DNA of 64,000 nucleotides. Source: an uncultured Gammaproteobacteria bacterium. Its GTDB lineage: Bacteria; Patescibacteriota; Microgenomatia; UBA8517. A program made the translations under genes and the position numbers. Location of the stretch: NCBI GenBank assembly GCA_964427735.1, contig CAYRUS010000001.1, positions 666,756 through 730,755 of the forward strand. Direction: 5' to 3'. Under the pieces are notes generated by a model. It was not told where the DNA came from. It ran no database searches and worked only from the letters and a program-made list of their open reading frames with translations. Positions within the stretch are counted from its first letter, which is position 1, and each line of letters begins with the position of its first letter. Positions 49,239 through 59,506 of this stretch are shown one piece after another.

Positions 49239-49320
49239 TGGTGGTAAAAATACCAGAGACGCATGAGATAGCTCGTGCATGAGGTGTGGTGGTGCTTGCG
49301 GAGGTGGTATTTTTACCACC
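49239..49320. repeat. Inverted repeat pair TGGTGGTAAAAATACC (49239-49254) / GGTGGTATTTTTACCACC (49303-49320, itself a perfect hairpin), bracketed by direct repeats ATTTCCATCATTG at about 49204 and about 49338
   Basis: Read directly in the intergenic stretch between the yggT-like gene and the hsd island. Confidence 0.5.
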
Positions 49321-49376
49321 CATCCCTATACTAATCCATTTCCATCATTGATGAGCGAAATACACTCCAGGAAACC

Positions 49377-50246
49377 TTACAAGGTAGACTCGTATGAATC
49401 TTTTATCAGTGAGAATACATAATCGGTATCAGTGTCTGGCTCAAATCTAGCAAGTCCAAGGTAGCCCCACTCATTGCTGGTGATGTCTTTAACCAACTTC
49501 TTGCTATCATTTGGATAAGATCTATCTCTGAGCAACACCTTGATGTAATTTGTGTAAAATTCAAACCTCACAAAGCTTTTTGTGGTCTTGTAAGTAATTC
49601 CGCTTTTTTGAGCTGCTTTTTCCTCCACATCTGGCAACTGTAAAATTTGTTCTCTCAAGGTCTTATATTTCTTTTGCATCACATCGCTTGTTTTGTTCAT
49701 ATGGAATTCCAAACTATATTCAGTTGTATCAACCAAGTCAGCGACTTTTCTTGGTTTTAGTGTTGGCGGTGTATAGATGCTTTCCAAATGAAGAATATCA
49801 GGCTGATAATAGTGATAGGACAATAATTCTATGTTACTCTCTTGCTCAACTGCGCCTAAGATGTATCTTCCAAAACCTCTGGCGACTAGTACAACTCTTG
49901 GTAGCTCCCAGTTAACTTTGATTCCTTTACCTAGTCTATTTTCAACAAGTAGTTCAAAATGCTTCTTGTTCTTGATGAGCCAGTTGTAATAAAAGAGTCC
50001 TTGAGCAAGCACTTCTTCGTTTTCTTTCCATTTGTATTCCAATATAACTGGTGAGTTGTTCTCATCTAATCCAAGAGTGTCAATTCTGCCATCATGTATT
50101 GGATATTCTTTCTCAATAAACCTGATACCTAATAAGTCCTCAAGGTTTGCAGCAAAGAAATCTCTTAAAGAAAACTCATCGCCAAAGCCATCATCTTTGA
50201 TTGAGCATTTAATAACTTTATTATTATCTATCTTAAATATAGCCAT
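49377..50246 (-). CDS. PD-(D/E)xK nuclease-fold protein (NucS/DUF91-like N-terminal domain, DUF4268-like C-terminal half); last gene of the hsd operon
   Basis: D...ExK motif GRIDTLGLDENNSPVILEYKWKE. Probable start at the second Met (MAIFKI, 50246), overlapping the hsdR stop (50248-50250). Confidence 0.45.
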   Translation of the reverse strand: MAIFKIDNNKVIKCSIKDDGFGDEFSLRDFFAANLEDLLGIRFIEKEYPIHDGRIDTLGLDENNSPVILEYKWKENEEVLAQGLFYYNWLIKNKKHFELLVENRLGKGIKVNWELPRVVLVARGFGRYILGAVEQESNIELLSYHYYQPDILHLESIYTPPTLKPRKVADLVDTTEYSLEFHMNKTSDVMQKKYKTLREQILQLPDVEEKAAQKSGITYKTTKSFVRFEFYTNYIKVLLRDRSYPNDSKKLVKDITSNEWGYLGLARFEPDTDTDYVFSLIKDSYESTL

Positions 50247-50247
50247 T

Positions 50248-53200
50248 TTACTTTTCTCCAGTCCAATCTTTTGCCAATAATTCAGCTTGCTCAAGTACTA
50301 TTTTGGTTGCACTTTCTTGCTTGTCTGGTGGATATTTGTATTTTTTCAATAGTCGTTTGATATAGACTCTTAGTTTTGCCTGAACGCTTTCTTTAATAGT
50401 CCAGTCAATGGTGGTGTTCTTTCGAAGCATGTCCACCAGTTCTCGTGCCATTGCTTTGAGTGTCTCATCTCCAAGCTCGCGGACAGCACTTTCATTGTTT
50501 GCCAGTGCATCATAAAAAGCTACTTCTTCATCGCTAAGACCTAGATCGTGTCCTTTTTCTTTCTCCAGTTTTATTTTCTTGGCAAGTTCCAGAAGCTCTG
50601 CAATAACTTGTGCCGCCTCAATGGTTCTGTTTTGGTATTTTCGTATTGTCTCTTCAAGCATTTCAGCAAATGAGCGAGACTTTACCAGGTTTTGTTTGGT
50701 CATCGTTCGCAACTCATCATTTAGAAGTTTTTTCAATAGTTCTAGTGCAACATTTTTGTGCTCCATATTCTTAACTTCTGCCAAAAATTCTTCAGAGAAT
50801 ATAGAAATGTCAGGCGATTTGATACCAGCTGCAGAATAGATGTCGATAACCGCATCAGAAGTCACCGCAGAAGAAACAATCTGGCGTATTGCCAAGTCAT
50901 AATCATCGTCAGTTGGTCCACCTCCGTGAGGCTCCATCTTCAGAATAGCACCTCTAATAATTTGGAAGAATGCAACTTCATCACGAATCCTGATTGCTTC
51001 ATCGTGTGGTACAGCCAAAGAAAATGCCTTAGATAGCTCTGAAACCGCCTGTAGGAAGCGTTTTTTACCTTCATTGATGCCTAGCACAAAGTCAGTGGCT
51101 GCAGAGATGGTTTGAGTACGCTGGCCTGGTGTTCCATCAAAGTAATTCTGGTAGTCAAAACCATGAAATAGAGCCTTTACTACCTCATATTTCTCAAGCA
51201 TGACTGATACTGCTTGATCTTGTGGAATGGCCGTTTCCTGGCGGTCTGATTCTGAGTAATAAGAAAGTGCTTCCTTAAGCTCAGGTGCAATGCCAATATA
51301 GTCCACAATAAGTCCACCTTGCTTGTCTTTGTAGACTCGATTGACACGAGCAATAGCTTGCATCAGTCCATGGCCTTTCATTGGTTTATCAACATACATG
51401 GTGTGAAGTGAAGGTACATCAAAACCAGTCAGCCACATATCACGGACAATAACCAACTTCAGTTCATCGTCTGGATCTTTCATTCTTCTGGCTACTTCGT
51501 CCAGCATATGCTTTGGTCTTATATGAGGCTGGAAATTGAGTGGATCAGCAGCACTTCCAGTCATGACAACTTTTAAAAATCCTTTCTTGTCATCATCGCT
51601 ATGCCAATGAGGTCTTAATTTGATAAGTTCGTTATACAGCTCAACCGCAATTCTTCTGCTCATAGCTACTATCATGCCTTTGCCATCCATTACATCCAGA
51701 CGATTTTCAAAATGTTCTACCAAGTCTTTTGCCACCAGCGCAATTCTTTTCTCAGAACCAACCATAGCTTCAAGCCGCGCCCACTTGCTCTTGAGCTTTT
51801 CTTTTCGCTCTGTTTCTTCACCTTCTGTCAGCTCTTCAAATTCAGGATCAATCTTTGGCTGTTCCTCTTTCTTTAGCTCAATTCGTGCCAGCCTTGCTTC
51901 ATAATAGATCGGCACTGTAGCATGATCCTCAACAGCTCTAGTGACATCGTAGACATCCACATACTCGCCAAATACTGCTCTGGTGTTTCTATCAGTAAGT
52001 TCAACTGGAGTACCTGTAAAGCCAATAAATGAAGCGTTTGGCAGTGCATCGCGCATATGCTTGGCAAAGCCTGAAATAAATTCATATTGGCTTCTGTGAG
52101 CTTCATCCGCAATAACTACAATGTTTTTCCTGTCAGACAACATTGGATAAGACTCACTAGAGTTAACTGGCAAGAACTTCTGGATAGTGGTAAATATCAC
52201 ACCACCTGATGCGACCTTCAATAACTCCTGCAGTTCATGTCTGTCAGAAGCCTGTTTTGGTGTTTGCCGCAAGAGGTCAGCGCACTTGGAAAAAGTGCCA
52301 AATAACTGATTGTCCAAGTCATTTCTGTCAGTCAATACAACAAGAGTAGGATTGTTGAGCTCTTGGATCACTTTGCCTGCAAAAAATGTCATTGTCAGAC
52401 TCTTGCCAGATCCTTGCGTATGCCAGACTACACCGGCTCTTCTGTCTCCTTCTTCTTGTGTTGCCTTAATAGTACTTTCAACTGCTTTATTGGTGGCAAA
52501 GTATTGATGATATGCAGCAGCTTTTTTTATAGTCTTTTCTCCGTCAGTCTCAAAGACGATAAAGTTTGAGATAAGGTCTAAGAGTCTGTTCTTGTCGAAT
52601 ATACCTTTCAAGAGTACTTCCAGCTGTGGCAGAGCATTTGGTGCTAACTCTTCACCGTCTACTGTTCGCCACCTGGTAAACCATTCCAAATTGGCAGAGA
52701 GTGTGCCGACTCTGGCATCAGTTCCATCACTGATGATGGAAAGTTCGTTATAGGCAAAAAGTGTTGGAATGTCTTGCTTGTAAGTCTGGATTTGATTAAA
52801 GGCACCTTTGACGGTCGCTTTTTCATCTCCAGGATTTTTGAGTTCTATCACCACCAACGGTAAACCATTTACAAAGACGATAACATCAGGCCTTCTGTTG
52901 ATATTATTCTCAATGACAGTGAATTGATTGACCGCCACAAAGTCATTTTCAGAAGCGTTATTCAGGTCTACCAGTCTCACCTTATCACCAGCCACACTTC
53001 CATCACTTCTCATGTATTCCACATCCACGCCATCACGAAGGTATGAGTGAAATATCTTGTTGTTGAGTACCAAGCTTGGAGTAACAAATGCTACTTGCAA
53101 TGCTTTCTTGAAAGCTTCTTCTTTGGCATCGGCTGGAATATCAGGATTGAATTTCTCAATTGCTTTCCAAAGTCTTTCTTCCAGAACTACATCGGCATAC

Positions 53201-53328
53201 GACTTACGTTCTGGATTTTCTCCATCAGGAGGTGGTGCAATCTCAGGACCACCAACCACAGAATAACCAAGCTCCTCAAGCCATTCCAATGTTGCTAGTT
53301 CTAAATCTGTTTCTGTGTATTTAGTCAT
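50248..53328 (-). CDS. hsdR: Type I restriction enzyme R subunit (HsdR)
   Basis: N-terminal [22 protein letters not shown], Walker [14 protein letters not shown] box [12 protein letters not shown], helicase C-terminal motifs; about 1025 aa. ORF track start is 53352; the MTKY start at 53328 is more likely. Confidence 0.9.
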   Translation of the reverse strand: MTKYTETDLELATLEWLEELGYSVVGGPEIAPPPDGENPERKSYADVVLEERLWKAIEKFNPDIPADAKEEAFKKALQVAFVTPSLVLNNKIFHSYLRDGVDVEYMRSDGSVAGDKVRLVDLNNASENDFVAVNQFTVIENNINRRPDVIVFVNGLPLVVIELKNPGDEKATVKGAFNQIQTYKQDIPTLFAYNELSIISDGTDARVGTLSANLEWFTRWRTVDGEELAPNALPQLEVLLKGIFDKNRLLDLISNFIVFETDGEKTIKKAAAYHQYFATNKAVESTIKATQEEGDRRAGVVWHTQGSGKSLTMTFFAGKVIQELNNPTLVVLTDRNDLDNQLFGTFSKCADLLRQTPKQASDRHELQELLKVASGGVIFTTIQKFLPVNSSESYPMLSDRKNIVVIADEAHRSQYEFISGFAKHMRDALPNASFIGFTGTPVELTDRNTRAVFGEYVDVYDVTRAVEDHATVPIYYEARLARIELKKEEQPKIDPEFEELTEGEETERKEKLKSKWARLEAMVGSEKRIALVAKDLVEHFENRLDVMDGKGMIVAMSRRIAVELYNELIKLRPHWHSDDDKKGFLKVVMTGSAADPLNFQPHIRPKHMLDEVARRMKDPDDELKLVIVRDMWLTGFDVPSLHTMYVDKPMKGHGLMQAIARVNRVYKDKQGGLIVDYIGIAPELKEALSYYSESDRQETAIPQDQAVSVMLEKYEVVKALFHGFDYQNYFDGTPGQRTQTISAATDFVLGINEGKKRFLQAVSELSKAFSLAVPHDEAIRIRDEVAFFQIIRGAILKMEPHGGGPTDDDYDLAIRQIVSSAVTSDAVIDIYSAAGIKSPDISIFSEEFLAEVKNMEHKNVALELLKKLLNDELRTMTKQNLVKSRSFAEMLEETIRKYQNRTIEAAQVIAELLELAKKIKLEKEKGHDLGLSDEEVAFYDALANNESAVRELGDETLKAMARELVDMLRKNTTIDWTIKESVQAKLRVYIKRLLKKYKYPPDKQESATKIVLEQAELLAKDWTGEK

Positions 53329-54490
53329 GATTAGCTTTCTTGATATCTTCAACTATAAAGGATGCTCTTTCATACAGTTCATCGTAAGTAACAATATCTA
53401 TATTTCTTGAGTCTCGCTGGAAAAGCTCGTACGTTCTTGCTTTAGTTCTTAGTTCCTCAGTATCTCCAGAGAATTGATTTGAATTTCCGATTATTAATAT
53501 GGTTTTAGGATCAACTGTCTGTTGCTTAATATGTTTACCTTCGTCATCAAAGTTTTTGCTTGCATTTGCCTCAGATTTAATTTGCCAACTAGCCTTTTGT
53601 TCTAGTATTTGTGAAACGGCATGGATTAAGTCTGATGATAAACACCAACTACCTGAACGGTTTTTGTCCTCTCCAAACAGTGGAGTGTTTGGTTTTTTAA
53701 GCTCTACTAATACAGTAAATCTATTACAGCTTAATAAAAAATCTCCAATCTCACCATCTTTTCCAGCAATATTTGTATTAGAAACATGTACCTCTTTTTG
53801 AAGTATTCCTAAAAATCGATAGTCTAGTCCGTATCCAAATATCCAAGGATTCTTTGTGAAAAAATGCTGCCATGCGATTTCTTCTCTTTTATCATTTAGT
53901 GACTCTTGTTCTTGATACTTCTCTAAATATCCGTCTTCATTTAATAATTTATAAAATACGTCAAGCTGATTTTTCCTATAACCGATGTTGGTTATATCAG
54001 TAGAGGTAACTAGTCCATTTTTTATCAATTCTTTTAAAAGCTTTTCACCTTCTTCAGTCGATAAAAGTGTAACTATCTTTTTTTTAGTTTCTTCGTTAAG
54101 AGTGAGAAAAGTTTCATCGGATAAGCCAATCCTTCTCTCGGAAATACTTTTTAGGTCCAGCTTTCTTAAAAAAGAAATAAAGCTCATCACCTTTTCGAAA
54201 GTAAACGATGAAAACGTAACTTTCTCATCAGTTTTTGTCCACTGACCTTTGGATAATCTGAATTTCTCTATAACTACTCTGTTGATGTCGTCTTTATCTT
54301 TTATGTAGCCAACAGTGACCTTTAGTTTTATTTGAGGTGATAGTTCAAATTCTTCTGTATCAGATGCATAAAAGTTAAGATACTTTCCATCACCACTACC
54401 AAAATTGCTCACGTACAATACATCAGTACTTGAGTTTCCTGCAATGTCTGCATCAGATGGTTCTGGTATTTTCCAATCGTCAAAGCTCAT
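53321..54490 (-). CDS. DUF4263 (Shedu SduA-like) PD-(D/E)xK nuclease-domain protein embedded between hsdS and hsdR
   Basis: C-terminal half [25 protein letters not shown]...[27 protein letters not shown]...[10 protein letters not shown]...[13 protein letters not shown] matches my recollection of the DUF4263/Shedu nuclease domain (D...ElK core). 389 aa, start 1 nt after the hsdS stop, stop overlapping the hsdR start. Confidence 0.45.
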   Translation of the reverse strand: MSFDDWKIPEPSDADIAGNSSTDVLYVSNFGSGDGKYLNFYASDTEEFELSPQIKLKVTVGYIKDKDDINRVVIEKFRLSKGQWTKTDEKVTFSSFTFEKVMSFISFLRKLDLKSISERRIGLSDETFLTLNEETKKKIVTLLSTEEGEKLLKELIKNGLVTSTDITNIGYRKNQLDVFYKLLNEDGYLEKYQEQESLNDKREEIAWQHFFTKNPWIFGYGLDYRFLGILQKEVHVSNTNIAGKDGEIGDFLLSCNRFTVLVELKKPNTPLFGEDKNRSGSWCLSSDLIHAVSQILEQKASWQIKSEANASKNFDDEGKHIKQQTVDPKTILIIGNSNQFSGDTEELRTKARTYELFQRDSRNIDIVTYDELYERASFIVEDIKKANHD

Positions 54491-54491
54491 A

Positions 54492-55772
54492 TTAATTCAC
54501 TCTTATCTTTCCACTCATAAGTCTTGGTAATAGCGAGTCTCTTAATGTCGTTAGAGTCATTATTTCGTGCATGTTTTCATCAATTTTTAATAGCAAGTGG
54601 CTTGCTGACTTTTCAAATAACTGTCTAACACTTGAATCTGGATACAACACATTAAGAATTTTTAATTCTGTTGGTCTAACTCGCTGCCTGGAACCTGTTG
54701 AGCCAGTTGATAAGCTCGAGAAGTATGTATAAAAAATGTTTTCACGAAACATAAAGTTGCTCCAAGTCCAGTCTTCTTTTTTTGGTACCACATTAATGAA
54801 TTCCGTTGAGCTTATAGATTTTTCATTCCACCTATCAGTAAAGATAGTCCAAATACGCTTTGCATTTTTTGGATTTAGTTTAGAAATGAGAATGCTATCC
54901 TGACTTATGTGCGTTTTATTGCTTTTTATCGTATTTCCTAGTTCTAGCATTGGTGAGTTATATTGGTCGAAAGAAGGAATGCTGAAATGCCAATAGTTTT
55001 GGTTTCCGTTCTTACTTGGATTAATTGATTTGGTGTTGATTTCAAATATTTGTTTGACCTTTTTAACCATCCATCCTTTTGGTATCTCGCCAAGTTCACT
55101 TTCCACCATCTCGCCGCCGCTGGATTTGTATGGCTCGCCATTTTCATTTGGAAATTCAAAATCCACAAACCACTGTTTGAATAGAGCTTTACCTATCTCC
55201 TCCAACGTCTTATTCATCCTGCGGTTTAATTCAATCTTGTCATCAAGTGAGGAGAGAATAGAAGCGATTTGTTTTTGCTCGTTTTCTGAAGGAAATGGAA
55301 TACGTGATCTTTCAAGAACATCTGGATTAAATGCTGGATATGTAGATGTAGTTGTATCAGCAATTGCTGACAAATAATTTGTGTATTCCTCTGTTGTGAG
55401 GTAATAGTACAGAAACCTTGGATTAACTTTTTTACTACTTACAACAGCGTATCCGGTAGATGCAATAAGATTAGGTTTTGTTTTAGAAACAAATGCAAAG
55501 TGCTTAAGATTTGGACGTACTGTTGATATTAAAATATCATTATCAGAAACAATCCGTTTTGCTCTGCTTGGTGCATCTTTCAAAGATAACTTTTGAGTTT
55601 CTAATATTTCGCCTTTAAGAGTGGATGATACATCTATATACTCAACCCACTCATACTTAAAATCCTTATTGACTGATGCTTCATTTACTTTTGCAACCTC
55701 TGACAACAAAGCAATATCCCAATCCTCAGGAATTTCACCAATTTCTGTTTGTTTGAATGTATTATTTGTCAT
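54492..55772 (-). CDS. hsdS: Type I restriction-modification specificity subunit (HsdS), two target-recognition domains
   Basis: Conserved central and C-terminal HsdS repeats (IPFPSENEQKQIASILSSLDDKIELNRRMNKTLEEIGKALFKQWFVDFEFP; ...LLLKIDENMHEIMTLTTLRDSLLPRLMSGKIRV) separated by two variable domains; 426 aa. Confidence 0.85.
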   Translation of the reverse strand: MTNNTFKQTEIGEIPEDWDIALLSEVAKVNEASVNKDFKYEWVEYIDVSSTLKGEILETQKLSLKDAPSRAKRIVSDNDILISTVRPNLKHFAFVSKTKPNLIASTGYAVVSSKKVNPRFLYYYLTTEEYTNYLSAIADTTTSTYPAFNPDVLERSRIPFPSENEQKQIASILSSLDDKIELNRRMNKTLEEIGKALFKQWFVDFEFPNENGEPYKSSGGEMVESELGEIPKGWMVKKVKQIFEINTKSINPSKNGNQNYWHFSIPSFDQYNSPMLELGNTIKSNKTHISQDSILISKLNPKNAKRIWTIFTDRWNEKSISSTEFINVVPKKEDWTWSNFMFRENIFYTYFSSLSTGSTGSRQRVRPTELKILNVLYPDSSVRQLFEKSASHLLLKIDENMHEIMTLTTLRDSLLPRLMSGKIRVN

Positions 55773-56403
55773 CTGTATTTTTGTTATCTCGTTTTTGTAT
55801 AGCAGCTTTTTTGCTTACAGGAATCTTGTCATAAATAGCATCAATTTCTTTTGGCTCGGTTATCATTTTTTCAGCTATAAAATTTACAAGTTTAAAAAGA
55901 GCTGATGCTGTTTCAATGTCATCCTTTATATCCAACTCTCCTGGATGTACTGACTCGTTACCAATAACACGAAGTGAGTCAAGCGACTGCTGAACTTTAG
56001 GAGGAAGTCCATTTTTCACTAGATTGGCGATATCAGTATTAAGATCTTTTCCTTTTTCACCAAGCTGAATACATAGCTTTTGAATTGCCAACCTAAGCAA
56101 AGCAGCTGATCCTCTTGGAGACCTTTGCAGAATAGAAACTGCTTCGTTATAGTCTTGAACAATATCATTGTTGAGGTCCTCATTAGGAGGCTCTATTCCT
56201 GAAAAATCTGGATATATCATCTTCTCTTCGTGCCAAATGGAGTACTGGCCACATCTTGCACAAAAACAAACTCGTGTATTTTCTAAAAAACCTCCATTTA
56301 CTGATTTAATGCCGTGCCAATTTTGATTTGAAAAAGCACTGCAGAAAGGACAGTTGAATCCTGACGCTTCAAATTCTGGTTGTGTAAATGGAATTTTTGT
56401 CAT
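55762..56403 (-). CDS. DUF4145-like protein with N-terminal Zn-ribbon (CPFC...CARC), embedded between hsdM and hsdS
   Basis: N-terminal CPFCSAF...CFCARCGQY Cys4 ribbon. C-terminal helical domain with [15 protein letters not shown]...[15 protein letters not shown] resembling the DUF4145 R..GN.aaH core often found in hsd operons. ATGA overlap with the hsdM stop. Confidence 0.5.
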   Translation of the reverse strand: MTKIPFTQPEFEASGFNCPFCSAFSNQNWHGIKSVNGGFLENTRVCFCARCGQYSIWHEEKMIYPDFSGIEPPNEDLNNDIVQDYNEAVSILQRSPRGSAALLRLAIQKLCIQLGEKGKDLNTDIANLVKNGLPPKVQQSLDSLRVIGNESVHPGELDIKDDIETASALFKLVNFIAEKMITEPKEIDAIYDKIPVSKKAAIQKRDNKNTDDK

Positions 56404-57938
56404 AAATCGTAGCCAACTTTTTTTAAATTTTCTTTGATCTTTGCTTCCAGCTCTTTTGACTCTTTGAATTGTGCTGATAATTCGCTGGTGAGTTTTTCCA
56501 TTTTCTCCTCAAACACTTCGTCATCTTCCATCTCAAAATCTGTGCCAACATATCTGCCAGGAGTGAGGACATAGCTATTCTTTTCTACTTCTTCAATCTT
56601 GGCTGATTTGCAAAATCCTTTGACATCCTCGTAGTCGCCGTCTGGATTCCTCCAGTTGTGGTAGGTGTCTGCGATTTGTTTGAGTTCTTTATCTGATAAT
56701 TCACGATGGCGTCTGTCAACCATAGTGCCTAGCTTGCGAGCGTCAATAAAGAGAATCTCTTCATGTCTGTCTCGGAAGTTGTGGTCGTATCTGTCGCGAG
56801 ATACAAACCACAAAGAGGCTGGAATGCCTGTGGTGTAGAACAACTTGTCTGGCAGTGCCACTATGCAGTCAACCAAGCCTTTCTTTATGAGTTCTTCTCT
56901 GATCTTGCCTTCATTGGAAGTGTTGGAAGAAAGCGCACCATTTGCCATCACAAATCCAGCAATGCCGGTAGGTGATAGATGATGGATAAAGTGCTGAATC
57001 CAAGCATAGTTGGCATTGCCTGTTGGTGGAACGCCATATTTCCAGCGGACATCATCGCGGAGTCGCTCGCCACCCCAGTCACTGACATTGAATGGAGGAT
57101 TGGCCAGAATAAAATCCGCTTTCAAGTCTTTGTGAAGATCGTTGTGGAAACTGTCAGCATCGGATTCTCCAAGATTGCCTTCTATGCCGCGAATAGCCAG
57201 ATTCATCTTTGCAAGTCTCCAAGTAGCGGCGTTGCTTTCCTGTCCATATACTGAAATGTCGCCAACATTACCGCCATGCTCCTCAACAAACTTTTCACTT
57301 TGGACAAACATACCGCCACTGCCACAACAAGGATCGTAAACACGGCCTTTGTATGGCTCTATCATTTGCACCAGAAGCTTAACTACTGATGCTGGCGTGT
57401 AGTATTCACCACCTGCTTTGCCTTCTGCGCTGGCAAATCTGCCTATAAAATATTCATAGACACGACCTAAAATATCTTTTGATTTTGACTCTTTATCTCC
57501 AAGACCTAGTGAGCTGAATATATCGACAATTTCACCTAAGCGCTGTTTGTTAAGGTCTGGTCTGGCAAATCTTTTTGGAAGCACTCCTTTGAGCGTTGGA
57601 TTTTCTTTCTCAATAGCTATCATTGCATCATCAATGAGCTTGCCGATTTCTGGCTTTTTGGCGTTTTCCTTTAAGTAATTCCACCTGGCATTTTCCGGCA
57701 CCCAGAATACATTCCTTGCCTTGTAAGCATCTTTGTCCTCACACTCACCATCAAATGCTTCCGGATCGTTCTTGATGGTCTGATACGCTTCTTCGAATGA
57801 ATCTGAAATGTATTTGAGAAAGATAAGACCAAGCACAACATGCTTATATTCACCTGGATCTAAGTTGCCGCGAAGCTTGTCTGCGGCTGACCATAATTTT
57901 GTTTCAAAGCCTAGATTAGCTGATGTATTATTTGCCAT
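56400..57938 (-). CDS. hsdM: Type I restriction-modification N6-adenine DNA methyltransferase subunit (HsdM)
   Basis: SAM-binding motif [13 protein letters not shown], catalytic motif [15 protein letters not shown], HsdM N-terminal domain; 512 aa. Confidence 0.9.
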   Translation of the reverse strand: MANNTSANLGFETKLWSAADKLRGNLDPGEYKHVVLGLIFLKYISDSFEEAYQTIKNDPEAFDGECEDKDAYKARNVFWVPENARWNYLKENAKKPEIGKLIDDAMIAIEKENPTLKGVLPKRFARPDLNKQRLGEIVDIFSSLGLGDKESKSKDILGRVYEYFIGRFASAEGKAGGEYYTPASVVKLLVQMIEPYKGRVYDPCCGSGGMFVQSEKFVEEHGGNVGDISVYGQESNAATWRLAKMNLAIRGIEGNLGESDADSFHNDLHKDLKADFILANPPFNVSDWGGERLRDDVRWKYGVPPTGNANYAWIQHFIHHLSPTGIAGFVMANGALSSNTSNEGKIREELIKKGLVDCIVALPDKLFYTTGIPASLWFVSRDRYDHNFRDRHEEILFIDARKLGTMVDRRHRELSDKELKQIADTYHNWRNPDGDYEDVKGFCKSAKIEEVEKNSYVLTPGRYVGTDFEMEDDEVFEEKMEKLTSELSAQFKESKELEAKIKENLKKVGYDL

Positions 57939-57963
57939 AATTTTCTAAATTCTCTTTTAATGC

Positions 57964-58173
57964 TTACTTCTTATTTCTTGACAAGTAAGCTTCAATATCA
58001 CTCTTTCGATAGCGCCTGTCACCAACACCTTTTCGCGTGCCTACACGAACAGCTTTCAGCGTGCCGTTGCGGTCCCACCTACGGAGAGTCTGAATATTTA
58101 CATTTAGTATTTTTGCTGCTTCCTGTAAGGAAATAAGCTCTTCAAGCTCTGCGTTCATATAAGTTATGTCCAA
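57964..58173 (-). CDS. Small helix-turn-helix DNA-binding protein (excisionase/MerR-like HTH)
   Basis: LQEAAKILNVNIQTLRRWDRNGTLKAVRVGTRKGVGDRRYRKSDIEAY, typical of Xis-family/MerR-type HTH; 69 aa. Immediately upstream of hsdM on the same strand. Confidence 0.55.
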   Translation of the reverse strand: MDITYMNAELEELISLQEAAKILNVNIQTLRRWDRNGTLKAVRVGTRKGVGDRRYRKSDIEAYLSRNKK

Positions 58174-58501
58174 TTGTACTAAATTGACTAGTAGAATACT
58201 AGATACTCAGGTAATTGATTAGTAAATGAAAAATAGATCTATGGTAATAATTTACCTATATAATTTATGAGTAATTTCCTTATAACAAAGACTTTCGTAA
58301 AAGTATTAGCCTTATTTGAACAGAGTACAAAGAGTATAAGCTGAGATTGCTTATTATCTCTGCATACATGTCAAAGCTATCTGTTAAATAAGCTGAGGTG
58401 TGTTCCAAGCACAGGCGCTTTATAAGAAGCGCCAAATAAATACTCATGAAATCTTAAAATGTAAAATACGGCCTGCCATCAGGTAGAATACGAATAAGAG
58501 A

Positions 58502-59281
58502 ATGAAAATAAAAGATAATTCTGATCTTCTGGAACTAAAGGTAAACATTGAATGCAAGAATGACATTGCTTATATGGATTGTGCTTTGCTTCTTGATAAG
58601 CCTGAGTTCTTAAGACTGCTGCCTGAATACAGAAAAAAGCATGGCATAGATGTGCTAGTGCCGTATACTAAGTTCTATGAATGGATTTCCACAAAGATGG
58701 ATGCTGACATCAAAGCAAAAGAAGATGACATCGAAAAAGGTATAACAGTCAACGATATAACAGAGCTGAACCTACCGTTTTTGGAGTTTGAAGAAGATGC
58801 AAAGTCACTCTGTAGACAATTCAAAAAGCCTGGATACTTTGTGCAGATAATTCAGTTTGCCATTGCTTGTGGTGTAGTTGGAGACATCAGCTATCAGCAT
58901 ACGCGAATTGAGGTAACTCCAACTGATCCACCGCCACCACCTGAAGAAACAGAACTACCAGAAGTAAGAATTGTTATCACTCCAATGACAACATTAAAGG
59001 ACGTACAGGAAGTCTTTGAAAAGAATGTGCCTGATATATTTGAATCTCATATGAAACTACTCAACTACTATTACAGAATGAAGAACCGCAAAGCTGGCAA
59101 CTTCAGGCGAGATCGAGAATGGTACTGGAAGAATTTAGAAGGTGAAGGATATACAGAGATTGCACTTTCAGAGGCATCACCATCAGAAAGGCTTGAGTAC
59201 AAAAAGAGTCGCAACAGATATTTGATTACTGAGTATCAAATGGTAAAACAGGCAATCCGCAGATACAAAAACCTCCTCTAG
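58502..59281 (+). CDS. Hypothetical protein (element-borne)
   Basis: 259 aa; poly-Pro stretch PTDPPPPPEE; no family recognised. Confidence 0.4.
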   Translation: MKIKDNSDLLELKVNIECKNDIAYMDCALLLDKPEFLRLLPEYRKKHGIDVLVPYTKFYEWISTKMDADIKAKEDDIEKGITVNDITELNLPFLEFEEDAKSLCRQFKKPGYFVQIIQFAIACGVVGDISYQHTRIEVTPTDPPPPPEETELPEVRIVITPMTTLKDVQEVFEKNVPDIFESHMKLLNYYYRMKNRKAGNFRRDREWYWKNLEGEGYTEIALSEASPSERLEYKKSRNRYLITEYQMVKQAIRRYKNLL

Positions 59282-59354
59282 TAGTGGTGTACAAATAATC
59301 TTCAACTTTCTGTAGCTCTTTAGACTTCATCATTTTTAAGACAATGTTCTTAAG

Positions 59355-59504
59355 ATGAAACTAAGCCAGAAAGCAATCGACGAATTCAAAGAGATTTACT
59401 TCAAAAAGTTTGGTGTGCAATTGACAGACGATAAAGCTAATGAGCTTGGCGTTGAGTTGTTGGAATTCTTCAAATTGATATACAAACCAATTCCAAAAAA
59501 CTGA
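59355..59504 (+). CDS. Small hypothetical protein (49 aa), tightly packed before the HTH_36 gene
   Basis: ATG at 59355, stop TGA 59502-59504, next gene ATG at 59507. MKLSQKAIDEFKEIYFKKFGVQLTDDKANELGVELLEFFKLIYKPIPKN. Not in the ORF track (less than 60 aa). Confidence 0.3.
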   Translation: MKLSQKAIDEFKEIYFKKFGVQLTDDKANELGVELLEFFKLIYKPIPKN

Positions 59505-59506
59505 AT

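Noticed and set aside
49285-49320. Possible direct repeat of the tRNA-Gln 3' end at the far boundary of the island
   Set aside because: Only a 7-nt match (TGCGGAG) to the tRNA. Too short to call an att repeat, and serine recombinases need none.
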